Below, in pieces: positions 28,144 to 35,350 of a stretch of 59,308 bases of DNA (its first letter is position 1; each line of letters begins with the position of its first letter). The notes beneath the pieces were generated by a model that did not search any database, was not told the origin of the DNA, and saw nothing but the letters and a program-made list of their open reading frames with translations. Source of the DNA: a virus (taxonomy: Duplodnaviria; Caudoviricetes); the IMG/VR virus record IMGVR_UViG_3300030099_001381, positions 1-59,308 of that record; one strand, 5' to 3'. The translations under genes and the position numbers were made by a program.

Positions 28144-29235
28144 TTATATTTTGTTGCGTAAAGTAAATGATGAGTAAGTTTTTGTTTCCATAAAATTAGG
28201 ATTTTTAGAAACAATCAACTTAGTAGTGAACACCTCGTACTCAGGTGAATTAAATCTTGCTAAGTAAGTAAGAGCATTTTCAAAATCTTGCTCACTCTTT
28301 ACCATCTTAGTAAGAGCAGATGATACTGCATATCTGATGTTAGATTGAGATGCATCAGGAACATCAACTGTATCAGGTGAAGAAAGTATATCCTGAACAT
28401 TTGGTGCATCTTTTACCAAATCTAAAAAGGCTACGAAACTTTCACCAACAGTATCACCAACACAACCTTTGTATAAGGCTCGTTGTGATTTTTTATTGAG
28501 AGGTAAATTTTTAGAATGCAACCTCGCCAATTCAGTAATACTTCTTGGTGATGCACCCTTTTCATGCTTACCAACTTCTTCATAGTTAGATAAACTTTTT
28601 GGCTCAAGTTTGATAAAGGAAATAACATCCTCATCAACATCATTATCCATCGCCCAATCTATCCAAGTTTGTGCATCGCTTTCAACCTGACCCCAATATG
28701 AGATACGATCTTTCAGTGTGTTCAATGTTCTTTGAACTCCTGCATTGTCGCCAACCCTATTTGTTGCCATCACGATGTGCCATCCCTTGGGTAATTCGTA
28801 CCCATTGAATTTTCTTGCTCTCGTGATCTGCATCAAAAACTTCTGCACATCCTGATCACCTTGACCCATCTCATCGATCATCAGAATTCCACATCCTTCT
28901 TGAGGAAGTAATTCTGAGAATGCATAATTTAATTTAGTCTTGTCTGCATTCGGTGTTGGTATCGCAAGATCAGATGCTGTTGTGATACTCGCAACAATTG
29001 TTGCAAATCCAAACTCATCTTTTGATGGGTTTGATGTTTCGGTAAACTTGAGATTTAGATTTTCTGCTACATCTTTTGCAACATCGATCAGGCTCTCAGT
29101 CTTACCAATACCTGCACCACCTGATATCAGTAAAACTGATTTCATTGTTTGATTGGGGTCTTCATTCCAATCTGATAGAATTATTTTTTTGATGGTGTCG
29201 ATACTTTCTTTGATAGTCTGTGTTGATTTACTCAT
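28144..29235 (-). CDS. MoxR-like AAA+ ATPase
   Basis: Walker A GGAGIGKT, Walker B LMIDE, sensor MATNR, SPRS; ATG 29235 has a GGAG RBS. Confidence 0.88.
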   Translation of the reverse strand: MSKSTQTIKESIDTIKKIILSDWNEDPNQTMKSVLLISGGAGIGKTESLIDVAKDVAENLNLKFTETSNPSKDEFGFATIVASITTASDLAIPTPNADKTKLNYAFSELLPQEGCGILMIDEMGQGDQDVQKFLMQITRARKFNGYELPKGWHIVMATNRVGDNAGVQRTLNTLKDRISYWGQVESDAQTWIDWAMDNDVDEDVISFIKLEPKSLSNYEEVGKHEKGASPRSITELARLHSKNLPLNKKSQRALYKGCVGDTVGESFVAFLDLVKDAPNVQDILSSPDTVDVPDASQSNIRYAVSSALTKMVKSEQDFENALTYLARFNSPEYEVFTTKLIVSKNPNFMETKTYSSFTLRNKI

Positions 29236-29319
29236 GGTAAAATCTCCGTAAAAAAAGATTATTCGTTTTATTAGTTTTTGAATAATCGGTGATGGCTCTG
29301 ACCACACCATGTGATCAAA

Positions 29320-29331
29320 TACCTAGACGAT
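29320..29331 (-). other. Putative remote hammerhead substrate site 2
   Basis: Exact ATCGTCTAGGTA, preceded by hairpin 29337-29359; predicted cut between 29326 and 29325. Confidence 0.65.
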
Positions 29332-29453
29332 CCTAAGAGAGAGGAATTAATCCTCTCTCATATTGATTTTAATTTGGTCTATTGCAAACCAAATAGAAAA
29401 ACCAAGGGGTATTAATACAAAAAATATAAAAGATATTATTAAAAAATAATCCA

Positions 29454-29714
29454 TTATTTATCCTCCTCTTGAATAATTCCTTGAACAGCTTTTAAGAATT
29501 TATCTCTCTCTTCAGGATGAATATCTGCATCAACATCGAAGGATTCTAATTCCTCAAATAACTCATCATTAGTAAAACCTAATTTCATTTCGTCATTATC
29601 CATATGAATATCTGCATCAACCCAACACCAATTAACAGAACCATCTTCGTTTATGTTTTCTTGATTGTTTAGAGCCTTGATAATCAAATCTTTTATAGTA
29701 ATATTTTTAGTCAT
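29454..29714 (-). CDS. Hypothetical early protein
   Basis: 86 aa, AAGGA RBS; internal duplication VDADIH. Confidence 0.65.
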   Translation of the reverse strand: MTKNITIKDLIIKALNNQENINEDGSVNWCWVDADIHMDNDEMKLGFTNDELFEELESFDVDADIHPEERDKFLKAVQGIIQEEDK

Positions 29715-29743
29715 ATCATTTTCCTTTTGTTAGTAGGTAGAAT

Positions 29744-29755
29744 TACCTAGACGAT
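29744..29755 (-). other. Putative remote hammerhead substrate site 1
   Basis: Exact ATCGTCTAGGTA, preceded by hairpin 29763-29783; predicted cut between 29750 and 29749. Confidence 0.65.
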
Positions 29756-29805
29756 ATCTGAAAGGGGGAAGTAAATTCCCCCTAGCATTTAGAGCATTTT
29801 CTGCA

Positions 29806-30408
29806 TTAGATTTGGATATCTTCGAAACCAAAATCAGCTACAACTTTTGCTTTGCCTGTATGATTATTTACGATGATGTCTCCAACACTCAGTGAAGCAA
29901 ATGCTCTTGTGATACTTGGCTCATCATCCTCACCTCTGATCTTTTCGATCATGCTGTAATTACAAATGACATCTTCATAGATATCTTCACCATCTGCATC
30001 CAAGAAAGTATGAGTATTTAAGATTTCAAAAAGATCATCAAAAAATAGTTTACTCATTCCTTTTCTTATTCCTTCGTCAGTTTTTACATCAACAACTTTT
30101 TTCATTCTTGATTTCAAATACTCAGGTTTCCATACTTCTTCAACATCTCTTCTTCTTCCGATGCATCCCATCATAAATGGGAAATCATCTTCCATCGTAG
30201 CAGGTCTTCCATTCATGTATAAATCGTCTCTGTAATCAGGGTCTATTTGGTAGATAGAAAAATCATTGATAAAACTTTCACCATCGCTTTTGATGTTGGT
30301 TAGATATGCAACAGCATCATCTGTATTCAGATAGCATTGAGGTGCAGTTTCATTTGATTTGATGTAGATATGATTTGGGTTTCTTTCTTGATATTTTTTC
30401 ATAGACAT
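29806..30408 (-). CDS. Hypothetical first early protein (C-terminal SLSVGD motif, YodL-like)
   Basis: 200 aa acidic, AAGGAG RBS, ends SLSVGDIIV...GFEDI. Confidence 0.65.
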   Translation of the reverse strand: MSMKKYQERNPNHIYIKSNETAPQCYLNTDDAVAYLTNIKSDGESFINDFSIYQIDPDYRDDLYMNGRPATMEDDFPFMMGCIGRRRDVEEVWKPEYLKSRMKKVVDVKTDEGIRKGMSKLFFDDLFEILNTHTFLDADGEDIYEDVICNYSMIEKIRGEDDEPSITRAFASLSVGDIIVNNHTGKAKVVADFGFEDIQI

Positions 30409-30441
30409 GATTGTCTCCTTGTTTTGTTAGTAGGCAAAATC

Positions 30442-30613
30442 ACCTAGACCATTTGAAAAATCAGGTGGACACAACCTCACCGATCATGCCCACCGATTTT
30501 CTAATCGTTTCGATCACTTAACCCTTGCGTGGAAACCACGATCCTTACAGGGCATAACTACAACTTTGTTGATTAACTTGTGAAGCAGATCATCATCAGT
30601 AGGCTCTTCACAA
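30442..30613 (-). ncRNA. Type I hammerhead ribozyme with extended stems II and III
   Basis: GCCUA(30604-30600)-CUGAUGA(30599-30593)-U-GAUC...GAUC-GAAA(30511-30508)-CGAUU...AAUG-GUC/UAGGU(30449-30442); stems I, II and III all form; 8-bp UUGUGAAG/CUUCACAA pairing links the 5' flank to the stem II insert. Confidence 0.8.
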
Positions 30614-30834
30614 TTCGCAGGGTACTGCTTATTAGATTCCCTATGGCACACCTCTTCGATGATTTAATGATCGGTTCGCACAGCTATCGATAGATCAAGC
30701 AAACTTCCTCTCAGTACCACCCCTTGCATCTCAATTCTTCCGATGACTAACTATGTTGGGTTCTAATCAGATTGGGATATTTAATCTGATCATCATAAAA
30801 GCCTAAAATGTCCTCCTCTTGGTTAACTTCGTAG

Positions 30835-30864
30835 AAGTTACAGGACGAATGCACCTTTTGTCAA
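30835..30864 (-). promoter_or_regulatory. Candidate sigma70 early promoter
   Basis: TTGACA-18 nt-TAACTT with AT-rich upstream element, pointing into the ribozyme-containing leader. Confidence 0.5.
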
Positions 30865-31031
30865 CTAATTAATATATCTTTTTTATATTATATATATTCC
30901 CTAGGGAATAGTTATCAGCCTTGGGTTTCCGAGGATTTGTATTTGTACTATAAATTAACTCTTGTTAACTATTTTGTACTGATGCTATTTTTTTTACACG
31001 ATTTTGGATAATTTCGAATCAGGGAAATATT

Positions 31032-31562
31032 ATGAAAGATGATGATAAAAATAAATTTGTACCAAAGATTGTCGGTGGAAAAAATTCAGGGAACAAGAAA
31101 AAAGAATTAACATCGAAACAAGAAGCCTTCGCACAGGCAATTGTATTTGGGGTAATGGATGACGACACAGGCAAGAAGAGACATTTGAATGCATCTGACT
31201 GTTACAGATCAGTCTACAATGTAGGGAAGACCACCAAACCTTCATCGGTATGGACTGAAGCATCCAAGTTATTATCGAACCCTATGGTCTCGCAAAGGGT
31301 GACCCAACTAAAAGAGCAAATGAAGACCCATGCACTATCTTCTTCGCTCTCGGAAAGAGACAAAATAATTGAGAGACTTTGGGCAATGGCTGACAATGGT
31401 CAAGCAGAAGCATCTCAATTAAGATCATTAGAGTTATTAGGAAAGAGCATTGGTCTATTTTCTGATAGGGTTGAAATATCAGAGACCAAAGACCTTGATA
31501 CTGTAGAGCAAGAGTTAGTTGAAAAGCTAGTAGCCTTGCAACAAACCGATAATAAAAAATAA
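31032..31562 (+). CDS. terS: Terminase small subunit
   Basis: LTSKQEAF...ASDCYRSVY...ASKLL HTH pattern and SLELLGKSIGLF motif; first gene of the late arm. Confidence 0.8.
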   Translation: MKDDDKNKFVPKIVGGKNSGNKKKELTSKQEAFAQAIVFGVMDDDTGKKRHLNASDCYRSVYNVGKTTKPSSVWTEASKLLSNPMVSQRVTQLKEQMKTHALSSSLSERDKIIERLWAMADNGQAEASQLRSLELLGKSIGLFSDRVEISETKDLDTVEQELVEKLVALQQTDNKK

Positions 31563-31698
31563 ACAGTACACCTAAAATGATCTAATTAAGGTTATATGGT
31601 TTTAAACAATCAAGACCCCTGACCCCCCTGTCAAAAAATACACACACTATACACTACACACACTAATTTGCTCAAATAATCACACTGATTTCACGAAA

Positions 31699-31854
31699 CT
31701 AACTAATTAAAAGGCTTATAAGGAGTAGTGTTATTAAAGCAACACCTAAATACATACCACTTTGACTGTTAATTACTGAATTTTCTTCTTTTTTAACAGT
31801 TTTTTTCTTAGTATTTGCTGATTTTACCTTTACATTCGTAGATTTTTTTACCAT
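31699..31854 (-). CDS. Small Lys-rich, C-terminally anchored membrane protein (51 aa, not in ORF track)
   Basis: MVKKSTNVKVKSANTKKK...MYLGVALITLLLISLLIS with GAGGAGG RBS. Confidence 0.6.
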   Translation of the reverse strand: MVKKSTNVKVKSANTKKKTVKKEENSVINSQSGMYLGVALITLLLISLLIS

Positions 31855-31989
31855 TTTTTCCTCCTCTGTAGTTATTTGGGGATGGCTACCCCTTTTTTTC
31901 AGGGATTTAACTAAACAATCCCTTATATAAAAAAAATTTCTGCTATTTTTTACGGATTTCCTTTGGCATATTCTTAAATTCCCCTGTAT

Positions 31990-32080
31990 TATCTATCTAA
32001 GACTAGATTCTATCTAGATACTAGATAGTATCTAATATAGATAGTATATAGTTAGATTCTATCTAGTTACTATCTAAGAA
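31990..32080. repeat. TAGAT/ATCTA-rich nested repeat tract (candidate origin or packaging-related site)
   Basis: TAGATTCTATCTAG at 32004-32017 and 32053-32066, plus many CTATCTA/TAGATAG copies in both orientations. Confidence 0.6.
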
Positions 32081-32258
32081 TAAGAATATACTCTTGCTTA
32101 ATTTTTTGCAAGTTAATTCGTTAGGGCACTATTTCTAAGCAGTTTGTGTAAGACTTGGCAATTATGTACCTGACGAGGAAGTCCTTCGTATCCTCCCTTA
32201 CTTAGGACTTCCAAATCTTTTGTTTTTATGTATAATATTTGCAGGGAGAAAATAGACT

Positions 32259-32552
32259 ATGAAAAAAAATGATGAATGCCCAACAGTAGAAGGAGAAGAT
32301 TGTACAATATCCTTTAATGCTGAGTATGTACTAATATCCCATAAAAAAAAATTTTTTAAAAAGTACCTCACGATAGATGAACATGAAAAACTTTTTAAAA
32401 ATATATCTAGAAGTTATTGGGATAAGAAATATCAACACGATCAAATTACTTTACTAGAGGATGCTATAAAGGTACAAAAGAAATCGAGGAAAGTTTTATC
32501 AGATGCAGAAGAACTTTCTTCTGATATTGGTTTAATGATAGACAAATTTTAA
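32259..32552 (+). CDS. Hypothetical protein
   Basis: 97 aa, AGGGAG RBS, TGnTATAAT upstream. Confidence 0.6.
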   Translation: MKKNDECPTVEGEDCTISFNAEYVLISHKKKFFKKYLTIDEHEKLFKNISRSYWDKKYQHDQITLLEDAIKVQKKSRKVLSDAEELSSDIGLMIDKF

Positions 32553-32630
32553 TGACACTGACTTACTTTGATATTTTTGGTATTGCGGCTCTCCTAGTAT
32601 TACTGTTAAACTTTTGGTTGAAAAAGTAAT

Positions 32631-32870
32631 ATGTCAAAAAAATATATCCATGTGAATATGCACAAGATTAGAGCTAATAAAAAACACGGAACAAATGATC
32701 CTGTACTTACTGTTAAGCAAGGTAGAAAAAATACTTATGGACATAGTGTAGAAATATTAGGTAATAGTAGAGTAGTATATGGTGGTAACGATAAGCCTTT
32801 ACTTCCATGTGGAGCACGAGTAGTAATTGAAACAGAATCAGAGGTACTGATAGATGGAAAACATTATTAA
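32631..32870 (+). CDS. Conserved phage hypothetical protein
   Basis: IHVN...PLLPCGARVVIET pattern common in aquatic phages. Confidence 0.65.
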   Translation: MSKKYIHVNMHKIRANKKHGTNDPVLTVKQGRKNTYGHSVEILGNSRVVYGGNDKPLLPCGARVVIETESEVLIDGKHY

Positions 32871-33417
32871 CGCTATAAAAAGTATTATATCACCTGAACA
32901 AAGTTGGTCAGCTTTTGTAATGAAGATTACAAGTCTTCTTATTGTTTCTGTTATTGCTTATATTGGTTTCCAACAATATACAAATCTAAATGTAGAAGAA
33001 GATAGTGAAATACCAATAGTAGAAGTATTTGAAAATGATCCTGAAAAAGTAATCAAAGTAGAAGATTTAATTACTAGACTTCTTAGGTCTGACAGAAATA
33101 TCGAATCAATATGGTTATATGATTGGGTGGATGCTAGAAATGTAGTTCCTTTAATTACTGAACCTAGAAATTCTGCTGATCTATTACCAACAGGTTATTG
33201 GATGGAAGGCGATGAATATGTTATTGGAAACTTTGTTTTAAGCCAATGTACTTCTCTTGAAAGAAATGTTCCTAATATAGCTTGTCCTATAATGAGTTCA
33301 GAAGATGCATGGGGTGTATTACTAGTAACTTATCAAGATGGTGTAGAACCTAATATGAAAACAACAAAAGCAACAGCAATGAAGATTTCAGAAATATTGT
33401 ACTTGATAGATAGATAG
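32854..33417 (+). CDS. Membrane-anchored protein with GAF-like soluble domain (T4 holin T-like architecture)
   Basis: One N-terminal TM helix, two Cys, ACPI...WGVLLV pattern. Confidence 0.4.
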   Translation: MENIINAIKSIISPEQSWSAFVMKITSLLIVSVIAYIGFQQYTNLNVEEDSEIPIVEVFENDPEKVIKVEDLITRLLRSDRNIESIWLYDWVDARNVVPLITEPRNSADLLPTGYWMEGDEYVIGNFVLSQCTSLERNVPNIACPIMSSEDAWGVLLVTYQDGVEPNMKTTKATAMKISEILYLIDR

Positions 33418-33666
33418 ATGCGTAAAAGAAATTACAAAAAAGAATATGAAAATTATCATAGTTCTAAGAAACAAAAGAAAAACAGAGCATCAAGAAACGC
33501 AGCTAGGAATGAGAAAATAAAAGCAGGTATAGTGCAAAAAGGTGATGGAAAAGATGTTCATCACAAAGACGGCAATCCTAAAAACAATTCAAAAAAGAAC
33601 CTAGCTGTAGTTAGAAAAAGTTCTAATAGGTCTTTTGCTAGAAATAAAAAAGCAGGGAAAAGATGA
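33418..33666 (+). CDS. Small HNH protein upstream of TerL
   Basis: DVHHKDGNPKNN...NL...SNR HNH motif. Confidence 0.75.
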   Translation: MRKRNYKKEYENYHSSKKQKKNRASRNAARNEKIKAGIVQKGDGKDVHHKDGNPKNNSKKNLAVVRKSSNRSFARNKKAGKR

Positions 33667-35177
33667 ACCTTCCTATAGATACTAGTTCTATATTGCAAAA
33701 TTTAGATCAGTATTCAGCAAGTGATAAAAAAGAATTACTAAAGTTACTTGATGAGTATGAAATAGCTAAAAGTAAAAAAGCTGCACAAGAAGATTATTTA
33801 TCTTTTGTTCGGCAAGTTTGGCCAGCATTCATAAATGGAAATCATCATAAAGTTATGGCAGATGCTTTTAAGGATGTTATAGATGGTAAGTTAAAAAGAT
33901 TAATTATCAATATGCCTCCTAGACATACTAAATCTGAGTTTGCTAGTTATCTTTTACCTGCATGGTTTCTTGGTAAATATCCTAATAAGAAAGTTATTCA
34001 AACAGCACACACAGCAGAACTTGCTGTAGGCTTTGGTCGTAAAGTAAGAAACTTAGTTGGAGACAAAGACTTTCAAGAGATATTTGGAGAAGTAAAGTTA
34101 CAGGCAGATAGTAAAGCTGCAGGTAGATGGAATACAAATAAAGGTGGCGAATACTTTGCGATTGGTGTCGGTGGTGCTGTTACAGGTAAAGGTGCTGATC
34201 TTTTAATTATTGATGATCCTCATTCTGAACAAGAAGGTGCATCATCAGATGCTGATGTATTTAATAAAACATACGAATGGTACACTTCAGGTCCTAGACA
34301 AAGATTACAACCTGGTGGGGCTATTGTTATTGTTATGACAAGATGGCACGACAGAGATTTAACAGGTCAGATTATCGATGCAAGTATTAAAAGAGGTGGA
34401 TCAGATGAATGGAAGGTAATAGAACTACCTGCTATAATGCCTTCAGGATCACCACTCTGGCCAGAATTTTGGAAACTAAAAGAACTTGAAGCATTGAAAG
34501 CAGAACTTCCTATTTCCAAATGGTCTGCTCAATATCAACAAAACCCTACTTCAGAAGAAGGTGCTCTCGTTAAAAGAGAATGGTGGAGATTGTGGGAAGA
34601 AGAGTATCCTCCTCATTGTGAATTTATTATTCAATCATGGGATACTGCTTTCTTAAAAACTCAAAGGAGTGACTATTCAGCTTGTACTACATGGGGAGTT
34701 TTTTATGGTGAAGATGAGTTTGATGGAAGAACTGCACCACAACTAATTCTATTAGATGCATTTAAAGATAGATTAGAGTTTCCTGAATTAAAAGTAAAAG
34801 CAATGGAGATGTACAGAGAATATGAACCTGATGCTTGTATAATAGAAGGAAAAGCTGCAGGTATGCCTTTAATCTTTGAATTGCGTGCCGCAGGTGTTCC
34901 TGTTTCAGAATATACTCCGAGCAGAGGAAATGATAAGATAGCTCGTGTAAATGCAGTTGCAGATTTATTTGCGTCAGGTGTTGTATGGTATCCTGAGACT
35001 AGATGGGCAGAAGAAGTTATCGAAGAGTTTGCATCTTTCCCAAATGCCTCTCATGATGATCTTGTTGACAGTAGCACTCAAGCTCTGATAAGATTTAGGC
35101 AGGGTGGTTTTATTAGTCTATTTAGCGATGAAGAAGATGAACCATATAACGAAAGAAGGAAGGCAGAGTATTATTAG
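33663..35177 (+). CDS. terL: Terminase large subunit
   Basis: MPPRHTKS Walker A, LIIDDP Walker B, MTRW, SWDTA and HDDLVD nuclease motifs. Confidence 0.95.
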   Translation: MNLPIDTSSILQNLDQYSASDKKELLKLLDEYEIAKSKKAAQEDYLSFVRQVWPAFINGNHHKVMADAFKDVIDGKLKRLIINMPPRHTKSEFASYLLPAWFLGKYPNKKVIQTAHTAELAVGFGRKVRNLVGDKDFQEIFGEVKLQADSKAAGRWNTNKGGEYFAIGVGGAVTGKGADLLIIDDPHSEQEGASSDADVFNKTYEWYTSGPRQRLQPGGAIVIVMTRWHDRDLTGQIIDASIKRGGSDEWKVIELPAIMPSGSPLWPEFWKLKELEALKAELPISKWSAQYQQNPTSEEGALVKREWWRLWEEEYPPHCEFIIQSWDTAFLKTQRSDYSACTTWGVFYGEDEFDGRTAPQLILLDAFKDRLEFPELKVKAMEMYREYEPDACIIEGKAAGMPLIFELRAAGVPVSEYTPSRGNDKIARVNAVADLFASGVVWYPETRWAEEVIEEFASFPNASHDDLVDSSTQALIRFRQGGFISLFSDEEDEPYNERRKAEYY

Positions 35178-35185
35178 GAAAAAAA

Positions 35186-35350
35186 ATGCCACATTACACA
35201 AAAGATTTAAACGAAATAATTAAGGGTTTAGAAAAAGCTAGTAAACTTCATGCTGCTCAAGCTAAGAAACTTAGAGCTATCAATAAAGATCAAAAAACTA
35301 GATACACTTCAAAAACTAAAACTAAGAAAAAAGTTACTAGAAAAAAATAA
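35186..35350 (+). CDS. Small basic protein (54 aa, not in ORF track)
   Basis: MPHYTKDLNEIIKGLEKASKLHAAQAKKL...; TAATG-coupled to the portal gene. Confidence 0.55.
   Translation: MPHYTKDLNEIIKGLEKASKLHAAQAKKLRAINKDQKTRYTSKTKTKKKVTRKK

Noticed and set aside
22920-29755. ATCGTCTAGGTA as a phage-specific promoter or operator
   Set aside because: Disfavoured, not excluded: no phage RNA polymerase or sigma factor is visible, the motif is non-palindromic, and its conserved span matches the hammerhead arms around GUC almost exactly.
30690-30720. Second hammerhead core (CUGAGAG on the minus strand)
   Set aside because: I could not find a matching GAAA plus stem II/III and NUH site.
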